Assembly (NCBI GenBank): GCA_951406725.2
Contig: OX597825.1
Coordinates: forward strand, 33,170,001-33,234,000
Origin: Octopus vulgaris
Lineage: Eukaryota
DNA length: 64,000 nucleotides
Direction of reading: 5' to 3'
The notes under the pieces were generated by a model that saw nothing but the letters and a program-made list of their open reading frames with translations, was not told the DNA's origin and ran no database searches. Positions 39,765-52,620 of this stretch are shown in pieces. Positions within the stretch are counted from its first letter, which is position 1. Each line of letters opens with the position of its first letter. The translations under genes and the position numbers were made by a program.

Positions 39765-40229
39765 TTATGTCTGTAATAATTGGTGCATTATGGATAGTGA
39801 GTGATGGCAAAGACAAATGAATATAAAAGATTTAGTGGCAATAGTTTACATATGATGCAAATGGATGTCATCTTTTAAGCCACTTACAATTGCTAGCTAT
39901 AGTCCAGTGTCTAGAACTGATAATCTTTTTGTTGGGGTGTTTGGATGAGTAATCAATGTTAATCTCGATGTAACTTTATGATATAGAAAATATCCAACAT
40001 GTAGTTAACTCCATTCATCATTACATTGAGATTAACATTGATTACTCATCCAAACACCCCAACAAAAAGATTATCAGTTCTAGACACTGGACTATAGCAA
40101 GCAATTCTAAGTGGCTTAAAACATGACATCCATTTGCATCATATGTAAACTATTGCCACTAAATCTTTTATATTCATTTGTCTTTGTCATCACTCACTAT
40201 CCATAATGCACCAATTATTACAGATATAA
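39765..40229. repeat. Inverted repeat, 209-bp arms, 47-bp spacer
   Basis: 39765-39973 is reverse-complementary to 40021-40229 with only a handful of mismatches. Confidence 0.95.
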
Positions 40230-40629
40230 CCTTTACAAATTTCATGTTCCAAATCCCTACAATCTCAAATTTTAAGGGGTTGTATTTTTTAAATGTTTCA
40301 CATTCCTGGAATCAAATAGACATGATAGATCAACCAGTAAACAAATTTGCTCTTCTTTGTCTATTATTGATCTGCTTGAACTGGAAAATTCCACAAAATC
40401 TTGCATGTGCTCTTCCTCCTTGATGGTTATACCATGTAATTTTAACTTCAAAACCCCATTTCTGACAAAGATCTGATTTCATCTGTCTTTACATTCTAAG
40501 TTCAAGTTCCACCAAAGTTGACTTTTCCTTTGATCCTTTAAGGTTGATGAAATAAGTACCAGTTGAGCATTGGTTGGGGGTCAATGTAATCAACTTACCA
40601 CTTTCTCTAAAATTGCTGGCCTTGTGCAA

Positions 40630-41050
40630 AAGTCCCATCCTGATGGTAATTCCTAGCTTCTCAAGCCATGCATCAAATCTTTTACTAACTATTCGTAGTG
40701 CACCAACCACTACCAGTACGACTTCTAAGTGCCAGATCTCCATAGTTTCCTGATTTCCCTCTCCTAATATTTCTCAACTTACTCACTTTCCTTCTCATTC
40801 ACCCTGTGGTCCCCTGGTGAAACAATATCCACAGTAATTTCTGTCCTATGACAACAATGTCAAGTCTTCTACCTATGCACCGGATGGTCATGTTCCAGTA
40901 CATCCTATATTGTTCATTTTCAACAACTCTTTCCAGTTGGTGCCCATACCATTTCTTACTTCCCCTTATATTATACTTAAGACAGAGCCTCCAGTGAACC
41001 AATCTGGCAATGCTGCTGTGTCTTCTCTTGTACCCTTTCTGTACAAGCAT
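40630..41050 (-). mobile_element. R4/Dong-clade non-LTR retrotransposon 3' fragment
   Basis: YKRRHSSIARLVHWRLC...KWYGHQLERVVENEQY...RRLDIVVI and VVVGALRIV...WLEKLGI fit the restriction-like endonuclease domain. Abuts (TAA)n. Confidence 0.75.
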
Positions 41051-41623
41051 ATTATTATTATTAATGCCCTGATGCAGTACCAGGTAGTGGCTTTCATAAC
41101 TTCTCATCTTAACTGATTGGAAGTGTTATGTTGTTTTGTTTTGGTATAAAAGATGGGCTACAGCAAATATTCTGCTCTATACTACAGATTTGCTTGTCAG
41201 TTGTTTGACCATAACCAGTTGAGCATGTCCCTTAGAGGCTGATTATATGTGCATCTCTGATCACGAGCAGAAGTAGTGGGGGAGCATCATAGCCATGTGT
41301 TGAGAGGAACTCTTTGGGGTTTGGATAATTCACCTCTGGAAACATGGGTGTTTCATTCAACATCCTTTATTCAGGGACCTTTTGAGCGAGATTTGCCACT
41401 CAACCTGAAGAAAATTCTAACTGGGCTTCAACTGCGAGGTCATACACTGTTAATCTTGATATGAAATCACCATGTCGCGCACATATGGTTGTAATGTATG
41501 TGCCTGGTGCACCCTTATCAGACGGGTAGTCATGATGGGTATACTGGACTTCATATATTTTACCTCAGTGTCACTTTGATGTCATGCTGTGTCTTCTCTT
41601 GTACCCTTTCTGTAGAAGCATAC

Positions 41624-41664
41624 TATTGTTGTTATTATTGTTGTTGTTATTGTTATTATCATTA

Positions 41665-41705
<41 letters not shown>

Positions 41706-41745
41706 GTTATTATTATTATTATCATCATCATTATTATTATTATTG

Positions 41746-41829
<84 letters not shown>
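41624..41829. repeat. (TTA)n followed by (AAT)n microsatellite
   Basis: Read directly; self-complementary arrangement. Confidence 0.95.
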
Positions 41830-41831
<2 letters not shown>

Positions 41832-43172
41832 CAGTTTCTTTATCTTTCATCTCTCCAAGATGAATAAGGTGAGATACTGAACAGATAAGGTATTTTCACA
41901 CATATCACCATAAGCAAGGATTTTTTTTCTTCTTGCTAAAATGCAAGGATTTTTGCCTCTAGATGTTAAAATACATCACAAGCATATTTGAACTAACGTG
42001 AAGTTTGTTCAAATCTGTTGTTTCCTTTACTTGCCGGAAAATTGAAAATACTGATTTCTAACTTGTGGTGTACCCCTGGTGATCAACGGTTGTAGGGGAG
42101 ACAATCTGTTCTGGATTAAGTTAAATGGAGGCAGACTTGAAAATTTGGATCTTACATCAAAGACAGAGCATACACATATAATTTTATCTTTTTCTCCACG
42201 TTATGAGCTTCTTCAAGTTTGTTGACAGTCATGTGTGGCATTATTTCATATTATGAAGTTAAGACATTTCATTTAGGGAGAAAGGAGAGAACAGTTGATT
42301 ATACTGACGTACGGACATGATTGGTACTCATTTTATCAACTCTTTAAAGTATGAAAAGTAACATGGTGAAATTTAAACACAGAAAATGGTCAAATTTTAC
42401 AAGATAATTTGCCTGTAGTTTTACCAATTCTACAATTTAATTTATTGACCTTTTCATGACTATATCTATTATGAGGTATTTTGAGGTGTGACCTTGCAAT
42501 GAAGCTTGCTTCCTGATCATGTGGATTCAGGTTCAGTCCCACAGCACAGTACCTTGAATAAGTGTCTTCTACTAGAACACCAGGCTGCCCAAACCTTGTA
42601 AGTAATCTGGTAGAGGGTCCCTGAAAGAAACCTGTTGTATCTATGCATCTATATATGTATGTATGTTGGCATCCGTGCTAGTGGAGCGCTAAGAGAACCA
42701 TACGAGTGAGATTGGGGCCAGAGCAACAAGCTGGCCTCCAAGCTGATGGCATGTTAAAAACACCATTTGAACATGATCGTTACCTGCATCACCCATTAGC
42801 ACTTATGCTGGTGGCACGTGAAAAAACATTTGAGCAAGGTCATTGCCAGTGCTGCTGGACTGGCTCCTATGCAGGTGGCACATAAAAAGGGCCATTTGAG
42901 CATGGCCGTTGCTGCCTGACTGGCCCTCGTGCCAGTGGCACGTAAAAGCACCCACTACACGCTCGGAGTGGTTGGCATTAGGAAGGGCGTCCAGCTGTAG
43001 AAACTCTGCCAGATCAGATTGGAGTCTGGTGCAACCATCTGGTTCGCCAGACCTCAGTCAAATCATCCAACCCGTGCTAGCATGGAAAGTGGATGTTAAA
43101 CGATGACGATGATGATGATGATGATGTATGTATGTATGTATGTATGTATGTATCTATCTATCTATCTATCTA

Positions 43173-43214
<42 letters not shown>

Positions 43215-43690
43215 TCTGACTGGGCCTGATGAAGCCTTCCAGCTTCACAGACCCCAGTTGAACCGTCCAACCCATGCTAGCATGGAGAACGGACACTAAA
43301 TGATGATGATGATGATGATGATGATATAGAAGTGGCTGTGTGGTAAGAGGCTTGCTTCACAACCACAAGGTTCCGGGTTCAATCCCACTGCATGGCACCT
43401 TGAGCCAGTATCTTCTACTATAGTCTCGGTCTGACCAAAGCCATATAAGTGGATCTGGTAGATGAAAACTGAAAGAAGCCTGTTGTATATATATGTATGT
43501 ATTTGTGTGTCTTTGTTTGTTCCCCACCATCACTTGACAACCGATGTTTGTGTTTATATCCTCATAACTTAGTGGTTTGGCAAAAACAACTGATAAAATA
43601 AGTAATAGGCTTACAAAGAATAATCCTGGGGTTAATTTTTCAACAAAAGGCAGTGTTCCTGCATGGCTGCAGTCAAATGACTGAAACAAG

Positions 43691-43788
43691 ATGTGTGTGT
43701 GTATATGTGTATACACACACACTCACACACATATATATACATATATATGCATATATATATATATATACATATATATTATATATGCATG

Positions 43789-43823
<35 letters not shown>

Positions 43824-43987
43824 TTATATACACACATATATATATATGTATGTACATATATATATATATATATGTATATATATGTATATACATATGCATA
43901 TATATGTGTATACATATATATGTATATATACATATATATAAATGTATGTATATACATATATATGTGTGTGTATATATATATATATAT

Positions 43988-44068
<81 letters not shown>

Positions 44069-44098
44069 TATACATATACACATATATATATATACATA
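43691..44098. repeat. Compound TA/CA/CAT microsatellite
   Basis: Read directly. Confidence 0.95.
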
Positions 44099-44266
44099 CG
44101 AGCAAAAGGAAACCCCCCCCCGTCCAATGGACAGTGCTCAGCTATCAAACATTTACACCAAATTTTCTCAAAACAACTTGTTCGACCATCCCATAGGCCT
44201 CCCCTTTAAGAAACACTGATTTAACCTAAATTTGAGCAAAAGAAGTGGATGTTAAAGTGGTAATGA

Positions 44267-44298
<32 letters not shown>

Positions 44299-44936
44299 AA
44301 GATGATGACAACTTCCTGTTGGTTCAATTAGTTTTGAAAATAATGAAAAATTTGAAGAGCTTTATCAAAATAACTAGCTTTTTCTATTTTGGTATATTGA
44401 ACTATTGTTTGCAACATAACCTAATAAAAGATTCTTACATAAAGTTTTGATGAGATGTTTCAGTTTAAATATGAATGTTTAAGATAGCAAATTTTGTATA
44501 ATAAGAAATAGAAGCAGATTCAGGTGAAATGGTATTAAAAGGTTTATAATTCCTTTCTTCTTTTTTTCTCTCAATCATTTCTAGTTTGCTTATTTAATGC
44601 TCTATGTATGAAATATATCAACATTACCTTGCCCAATTATCAAAATATATGATATCATTAAAACAGTAACTCCATCAATATTTTTAATGCTTTTCTGCTA
44701 AAATCTTGCACTAATCAGCATGTATGTAGCTTGTTTGATTTAGAAGTTCACTTTACACTATTGTGCATTGGTTCACTGTGCAACTGTGCAGTGCCTTGTG
44801 CAACTGTCTTCAACCTTGAGTTTAGTATTCCCTTGTCAGTCAAATTTAGAAGATGTAAACTGTGAAGAAACTTATACTTTAGTCAAGCAAATCGACCCTA
44901 GGACTTATTCTTTGTAAGCCTAGTACTTATAAAGTA

Positions 44937-45345
44937 GGCGTAGGAATGGGTGTGTGGTAAGTAGCTTGCTTACGAACCACATGGTTCCGGGTTCAGTCCC
45001 ACTGCGTCGCACCTCGGGCAAGTGTTTCCTACTATAGCCTCGGGCTGACCAAAGCCTTGTGAGTGGATTTGGTAGACGGAAACTGAAAGAAGCCCGTCGT
45101 ATATATGTATATATATATATGTGTGTGTGTGTGTGTATGTTTGTGTGTCTGTGTTTGTCCCTGCAACATCGCTTGACAACCAATGCTGGTGTGTTTACAT
45201 CCCCGTAACTTAGTGGTTCAGCAAAAGAGACCGATAGAATAAGTACTAGGCTTACAAAGAATAAGTCCTGGGGTCGATTTGCTCGACTAAAGGCGGTGCT
45301 CCAGCATGGCCACAGTCAAATGACTGAAACAAGTAAAAGAGAGTA
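44937..45345 (+). mobile_element. tRNA-derived SINE family A, full copy (others about 15357, 15533, 18529, 26905-27287 -, 43330, 60377-60790, 61268-61660, 62425-62853 -)
   Basis: Head GGCGTAGGAxTGGxTGTGTGGTAAG...GGTTCAGTCCC with A/B-box-like motifs, a CORE-like CCTYGGGCAAGT segment and an internal TA/TG tract; more than 10 copies. Confidence 0.9.
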
Positions 45346-45789
45346 AAAGAATATACATGCAATGTGTGTGTGTGTGTTTGTATGAAGGTATGTAGGTAGG
45401 TGTTATGTATGTATGTATGTATTATTATACAAGAATGTTGTTGGCAGTGACTTCGAAGTTTTGGCCAGTTAAACCATTGTCGGATTTGAGAGTAACTCAT
45501 CAGATTAATGTAGAATTGTATTTTTATCATAATTGAACAAAAGGCGGTGAGCTGGCAGAATTGTTAGCATACCAGGCAAAATGCTAAGTGGCATTTAGTC
45601 CATCTTTTACGTTCTGAGTTCAAATTCTGCTGAGGTTGACTTTGCCTTTCACCTTTTCAGGGTCTATAAATTAAGTATCATTTGAGTACTGGGGACAAAG
45701 AAACTGACTTAACCCCACCCTCAAGATTTCAGGCCTTGTGCCTATAGTAGAAAGGATTATAACTGAATATACAAACAAATAAAAATTCA

Positions 45790-46335
45790 TTCCCACTCCA
45801 TCTGGAGAATTGTTCAGAAATTCTGTTGATGATCTTATCGTTAGTCCACAGAATAGAAAGGGATTCCTCGGAGCAGAGATGGCATCTCCTGGAAATTATA
45901 TTGTATGGTTCACATACCTTACTATGGACTAATTAATACTGTACTTCATTTTATCCTCCTTCAGTTGCAATACAAAATCTGCCAAAGATGTTGAATGTCT
46001 CTTATTGATTGTCTTAGAGCTGGTAACATGGTTACAATAACGTTTCTTAATTGAATCAGCTGTCTGCCCTATGTAAACATACGATCCTCCCCTTGTGTGC
46101 ATGGTACATTTATATACAAGATTTGTACTCATACAGAGATTCATCAAAGGACATTTTGATCTTTCTCTGCATCCAACCATCCACCCTTGATTATATGGGG
46201 ACTAATTAAGAATATTTCTACAAGAATCTCTAGATTATCTCCCAATAATAAAATTTTCGAATCACATGCAACTTATTATAATGCTGCTCTAGCTAGGGCT
46301 GGGTATCATGGAAAAATTCAATATATACAAGAAGC
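45790..46335. mobile_element. Penelope-like retroelement fragment with internal inversion
   Basis: Minus strand: GIY-YIG endonuclease (CPL..C..NLVYKC...YIGQT...KKRYCNH, then RCHLCSEE). Plus strand 46187-46335: RT-thumb/linker (ISTRISRLS...YYNAALARAGY). Confidence 0.85.
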
Positions 46336-46690
46336 TGGCATACATAACACATTGTGGCTGCAGTCCAATGACTGGAACCTGTGAAAAAATATCATAGAAG
46401 GTATAAACTGACTTTTGATTTAAAACAGAATTGTATAATTTCTCTTGAAAGTAAAACCATTAAATATAATTAAAAGAAGAAATAATCAGCAAAATTCTAA
46501 GACTGAATATTAGACTATTTTTATGAACAGACAAAAATGTGGCTGGTGATAAGAAGCTTGTTTTCCAATTACAAGGCTACAGGTTCAGTCCTACTGCATG
46601 ACATCGTAGGTAAGTGTCTTCTATTATAGCCCTAGGCCCACCAAAGCCTTGTGAGTGGATTTCGAAGTTGGAAACTAAAAGAAGCCAATC

Positions 46691-46771
<81 letters not shown>

Positions 46772-46775
<4 letters not shown>

Positions 46776-47005
46776 ATTTCTTTACTACCCACAAGGGGCT
46801 AAACACAGAGGGGACAAACAAGGACAGACAAACGGATTAAGTCGACTACATTGACCCCAGTGTGTAACTGGTACTTAATTTATCGACCCCGAAAGGACGA
46901 AAGGCAAAGTCGACCTCCGTGGAATTTGAACTCAGAACGTAACGGCAGACGAAATACGGCCACACATTTCGCCCAGCGTGCTAGCGTTTCTGCCAGCTCG
47001 CCACC
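46772..47005 (-). mobile_element. tRNA-derived SINE family B (others about 4045-4265, 19405-19625, 33480-33670, 45542-45760, 63024-63240)
   Basis: Recurrent GGCGGYGAGCTGGCAGAA...GAGTTCAAATTC...GTCGACTTTGCCTTTCATCCTTTCGGGGTCGATAAA..AAGTACCAG. Confidence 0.85.
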
Positions 47006-47893
47006 TTATTTATCTATCTATCTAACTATCTGTGTGTGTGTGTGTGTGTGTGTACGTGTGCATGTGTGTGTGTGTGTGTGTGTGTGTGTCTGAGTTTGTC
47101 CTCCTGCTCATGTCTTGACAGCAGGTATCGGTTTGTTTATGTCCTAGTAGCTTTGTGGTTTGGCTAAAACAGATTGATGGAATAAGTACCAAATTTAGAA
47201 AAGAAATACAAGCAACTACTAAGGTTGATTTCTCTGATTAAAACTTTTCAAGGCTGTGTTCTAATGTGGCTGCTCTATAATGACTGAAACAGGTAAATGG
47301 TAAAAGACACAGATTAAACAAAATGCATAAAGACATCAGAATTAGGCAAATTTCTCTTTTATTTTTTATTATATTGAACTTAATATCAAACTTTTGACAT
47401 TTTACTCAGTTATATTACATTTTGTGAGTAACAGCATTGTTAGCTCACACAGTATATGAATGCAAGATTTATAAGGGAATGTCTGTGCAACTCAGGCAGA
47501 ACAAATATCACGAGTGTGTTTGTACCAAAGAATAGGTTATTTGTTCTTAATAATGTTTTATATTTATTGTCTTTGTATAGTGGAGAAAATTATACACTTA
47601 TATATTGTATGTTTTCCAGTTTTTACATTGCATATGTAAACTTTGTGGAATAAGTATAAGTACATACATATATATATATATGTTTTTCAAAATGTGACCT
47701 CGTGTGTACCGTTGGCGATTTTTTCCTCTGTCTTCCCTTCTCTGGATCTTTCTTTCTCCTATGTTTCCGACGAAGAGCTCCGCTCGAAACGTTAAACCCT
47801 CCTTCTTTCCTTCTTTCCTGAGTGTCCAATAATACAATATTCGTTCCACATCCTCGCGTTGTTGTGTTTTTTTGTGCTTTCTTGTTTGGATTA

Positions 47894-47933
<40 letters not shown>

Positions 47934-47935
47934 TA

Positions 47936-48116
47936 TATACATAGATGCCACACACTAAGAGGGACAAAAGTCATTTCTACCAAAAATTTTACTAATCCTA
48001 CCGAATGCAATCTTTCAAAGAAATGTCTTGCTTTGAAAGATTGCATTCGGTAGGATTAGTAAAATTTTTGGTAGAAATGACTTTTTGTCCCTCTTAGCAT
48101 GTGGCATCTATGTATA
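47936..48116. repeat. Near-perfect hairpin, about 85-bp arms, 10-nt loop
   Basis: ...CCGAATGCAATCTTTCAAAG-AAATGTCTTG-CTTTGAAAGATTGCATTCGG... Confidence 0.95.
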
Positions 48117-48255
48117 ATAATGCCCTCTATATATAAATTAATATGTTAAATAAGAAAGAATTATTTTCGAAATTTTTTCTCTTATGAGGTTTTTCACTCT
48201 ATCTACCTGATAATTTCTTATTAAGATTCCTTATTAAGAGGTTGTCCTTAATTGC

Positions 48256-48293
<38 letters not shown>

Positions 48294-48698
48294 CCATTGG
48301 TAAGACCAAGGAAGGTCAACATCACATGATCTGGTAGTCTTGGTACTGGAGATGGTGAGGGATTTATCTCCCCTCTAGCAATATCAACAAGAGTGCATTT
48401 TGCACCAAAAGCCAATATGAGAGGTTCTCTCATGTTATTAATTGCAGTGTAGTTTGTTCTAATAGAACAGCTAGATTTAAATGGGGTTAAATATTACCCT
48501 TCGGTATTAATATTGCCTCTGTCACTAATACACACACACACACACACATACATATACATACATATACATATATATATATAGATATATATATACACCGTTT
48601 ATTCCTTTGGAATAAAACCAATGTTGTCTTCGAAACATATGTTGAAAGTAAAAAAATTTGAATAACATCTGCGTTCAACTCCATTTATTTACTTATAT

Positions 48699-48745
<47 letters not shown>

Positions 48746-49096
48746 TATATTACATACATATAAGAGGGATGTATGGTAATATAACTTTTCTGAATCTTCA
48801 GATTCTTCTATATGCTACACCACTGGTTTTAAATTGATATTAATCAAATTAACATTCAATTTTTCGCCCTTATTATTTTAAATTTAAATTTATATATATA
48901 TATGAGTATCGTTGGTGATTTTCTTCCTCTGTCTTTCCTTCCTTGGACCTTTCCTTTTTCTATGTTTTTGACGAAGAGCTCCGCTCGCAACGTTAAATCC
49001 TCCGTCTTTCTTTCCTTTCCTGAGCGTCCAATAATACTATACTTGTTCCACATCCTCGCATTGTTGCATTTTCTACTTGTGTTTTCATGTTTGGAT

Positions 49097-49145
<49 letters not shown>

Positions 49146-49921
49146 GTATACATAGATATATGCATGTGCATGCATGTGCATGTATGTGTGCCATGTGTAT
49201 GCATGTGTGTTTGTGTGTGTGTGTATGCGTACATGTGCATATGGGCATCATCATCATCATCATCATCATCATCGTTTAACGTCTGTTTTCCGCGCTAGCA
49301 CGGGTTGGACGGGGCATCAGTGTGAATATTTAGAAGTTGCAGTGAACTATACTAATGAGAGGTGACATCACAATTTATTACTGGGCTTTAAGTGGTGACA
49401 TCATTATTTGTAGCCGGTTGACAAATAATGATGTTGATTGACATTTCCTTTCAAGAAATTATCCTCTGTCCCTGCACTTTTGAATTCTTCTGGAGTCAGA
49501 GAAATATTTGAAAAATAGGTAAGTGTTGATGGCAGGAAGAGCATCCAGCCATAAAAACCCTGCCTCAAGTATCTCCCAAGGACAATCAAAGGCAAAATGA
49601 ACAAACAAATCTTTAGATCTGATTCTAACATATTTTGTTTGATTTGCTTTGTATGATATACAGAGTAGTCAGGATTATATGCCATATTTGTTTAATTATT
49701 TTAAAGTGATGTTGTCTAATTATGATGAGCGACATCTCATAAAACTTACTGCCATGGAAAGCTTGCCGATGCCTTGTTTAACTGTTTAGTCTTATTATGG
49801 TACATTTGCTCCAGAAATTTCTTGAGTTTCTTTACAAGTACAAGAAAGGAAATATCAATATTAATATCAATATGAATTATATTAAATAGACAAAATTATC
49901 AAAATGAAACAGATGTGATTA

Positions 49922-50023
49922 TCAAACAGTTGTTTCCATAACTGGATCCTTCAGCTGTTCACATAGTTTAGCTGCCAATGGAGGTGATTCAACATACCAG
50001 CATGATACCACTATGTCCATCAA
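49922..50023 (-). CDS. Pseudokinase terminal exon (subdomain XI and PDZ-binding motif ETTV)
   Basis: TTTTTTACTGCAG|LMDIVVSCWYVESPPLAAKLCEQLKDPVMETTV*, phase 0. The CW pattern fits kinase alphaH-alphaI. Confidence 0.75.
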   Translation of the reverse strand: MMDIVVSCWYVESPPLAAKLCEQLKDPVMETTV

Positions 50024-50659
50024 CTGCAGTAAAAAATACAGAAAGAATATACAGAATATATCAACATTTTCATAAACTGACACAATCATATGTAGAATAT
50101 ATTAATATATTTATGATGCATATTTCTAATCCAAACATAAAACTAACAATTTTTAAAGCTCTGGCCAAGCAGAACTATGGTCAAAAGCATTCTAGCTGTG
50201 ATTATCCTTTCTTTTGCTTTCCAGAGACTGCATTGTCTGTTGTGTCCTTCTTTATTAAAGAAGGTAGGGTGTGAGTTGAGGAATATTTTGAATGTGCAAG
50301 CTGTGGGACTGCAGAGATGTTTCCTCTTTGGTTTATACTTGAGAGTGTATTGTTAACTTGTAGTACTGGAATCAATTTTTACCATATGCCAATGCCAATG
50401 AGTGAGCCTCTAAGCAGTCCCTCAACCTGCTAAAAATATTAGTCATATCCCCATCATACCAACTTAAAAGTAAAAAAAAGACAGAAAAAGAGAAGATATA
50501 GGACAATGTAGGTTTATATCAAGAAAAAGAAAGGGAAGGATGAGTTATGATCATTATAACTGGGATGCTGTTCATTATAGTCTAATCAATCAGGAGCTAA
50601 ACAAGAATATTAGGGTTTGTCTTTCATGCCTCTGAAGATAACCAGATTATAAACTTTAC

Positions 50660-51190
50660 AATTTATGGGTCCTGAGGTGGCTTACTGGGCCAATTTCAGC
50701 ATGAAATCCACAGTTACAACAGGGGCACATTTTAACAGAGTCATGACCCAGTGGGATTCTTTTTGGCTTTCCTTGCAGCTCTTGTCTCTTTAGCTTATCT
50801 GATCATAACTCATTCTGAGTGCTGTACTCCAAAAGTACACAGTACTACTCTACGGTGAGCGATCATGAACAAGATGTTCCAAAACAGACTACTCTAAGTT
50901 GAGCTTTTTTCAACATTGTCTTGAGCATGTCTCTATATCTCTCTTGTGGTTTGCCACGTGACTGAGAGTTCACTAAGGAAGATCTGTTTAGGAAGTCTGA
51001 AGTCAAGCATGTGTATTACATGTTCACTCCACCGTTCCTGGAATTTACTTAGGAAAGCATACATACTTGATATATTAGCTCTCTTGAGCACAGGAGTATT
51101 GGAAATTTTGAGAATTTTTTGCAGGCAGTTTGGTGAAAGTGGTTAAGATATTTTGGCATTTGCATGCCCTAAACAAGACTAGCAAAATGA
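50660..51190 (-). mobile_element. RTE/BovB-like LINE 3' fragment
   Basis: Degenerate translation RWSEHVIHMLDFRLPKQIFLSEL...RGKPQERYRDMLK. Confidence 0.7.
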
Positions 51191-51670
51191 CAACAATATA
51201 TCAATGAATTACTTCAGTGTATCTACTACTGAATCTGACTAAAGGAAAATAGAATTCTCTGTGGTGTCTTAATGACTTCATTGGGTATTATGGAATATTG
51301 CAAGTGGTGGTTGATTTCTAATGAATATAATTGGCCAAGACAAACTAATGACTTGTTTGAACAAAATATCTCAGCCTATAATTTATATTATCTCTTAAAA
51401 TCCAGCTCATCTGAGGCTGCTTATATTAAAAAGTTCATATCTATATTAAAATTAGAGGTTGTTGTGAAAAATCAGCAGAAGATAAATGTTCAATTTTATA
51501 ATTAATTACAAGTAGCAATTAATTGAATAAATCTTTGTTCTTTATCATTTGATAACTAAAATATGCCTACAATTATATAGAAAACAACAACATACTAAAG
51601 ACTTCATATTTATATTGAAATTAGAGGTTACTTAAAAATAATCTACAGATGATCAATAGTTTTATAGCTA

Positions 51671-52620
51671 ACTAGTAATGCATCCTGGTGTTGCCCAAGT
51701 GTTGCGACCTACAGTCACATTGTATTATTCATTCTTTTCTTACGGGCAGAATCGGCACAGCTGATATATAGTGAAGTAGATTACTGGCATAATGGAAGTT
51801 ATTGTTTGTTTAAAAGTGAAGTAAGGAAGGGTACAATTTGCATAGATTTGCATGAAAATGCGTTCTGTTTTTAGGAAGGATTACAAATTATGTATTATTT
51901 CATCATATAACAGGGAGTTAATACAATTTTGCTCAGAAATCACATTTTCAAAATTTTAATATCCCCCTATCCCCATTGCAATTTCTTAATTTGTAAGTTT
52001 TTCAAATTTTTTTTTTACCCACATAGAAAAACAGATTACAAATCTAGGAAATATATTTATGCTTAAAAGTTTACTTTTTCTTAAAGAAATGCTCAATACC
52101 CCTTCCCTCGCCTCACCCACCCATCACCTACCCACTTTCAAAAAGCTAATACCTCCCACACCAGAAAACCTGACATGCTAGAAACAACAGGTAAATGACA
52201 TTTATTCTGAAGAAACTTTCTAGCTTTCCAAATAGCTAAAAGTGGAACATTGGGAGTTTGTAACTTTTTGAAAGTGGTGAGGTGATGGATGGATGTTTGA
52301 GAAGGAGATTTTAGTGTTTCTTTAAGAAAAAAGGAAGAAGAAAATTCTTAAAGATTCATACTTTGTTTTTTCTCCGTGGATTACCAAGAAAAAATTTGGA
52401 AAAAAGTAAAAAAATGAAGAAATTGGGGTCAGAAGGGAGAAAATATATTGAGAACATATTTTTGGGTGAAATACTGATTTCCTATATCGAAAACAGGAAT
52501 CGGAAGAAATTTAGGAAAAGATAAGGATAGGGAGCACTAATGTCACCTTGGACATGCTAGAAATAACAGGTAAAGGACAGGATTTCTGGGAAAACTTCCT
52601 TTTAAGTTTATAGCAAAGAA
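51671..52620 (-). mobile_element. Helitron-like 3' end with internal inverted repeat
   Basis: Minus strand ends TTGGGCAACACCAGGATGCATTACTAGT (subterminal hairpin plus CTAG). Imperfect IR at about 52075-52148 / 52261-52330. Confidence 0.5.

Noticed and set aside
43653-44219. Long ORFs with Y/I/H/C/V repeats (also 12749-13264, 41498-41863, 54290-54518)
   Set aside because: They are translations of microsatellites.
49744-49749. GTAAGT donor (minus strand) about 170 nt after the pseudokinase stop, suggesting a 3'UTR intron and NMD
   Set aside because: A single hexamer match is expected by chance and no partner exon was identified.
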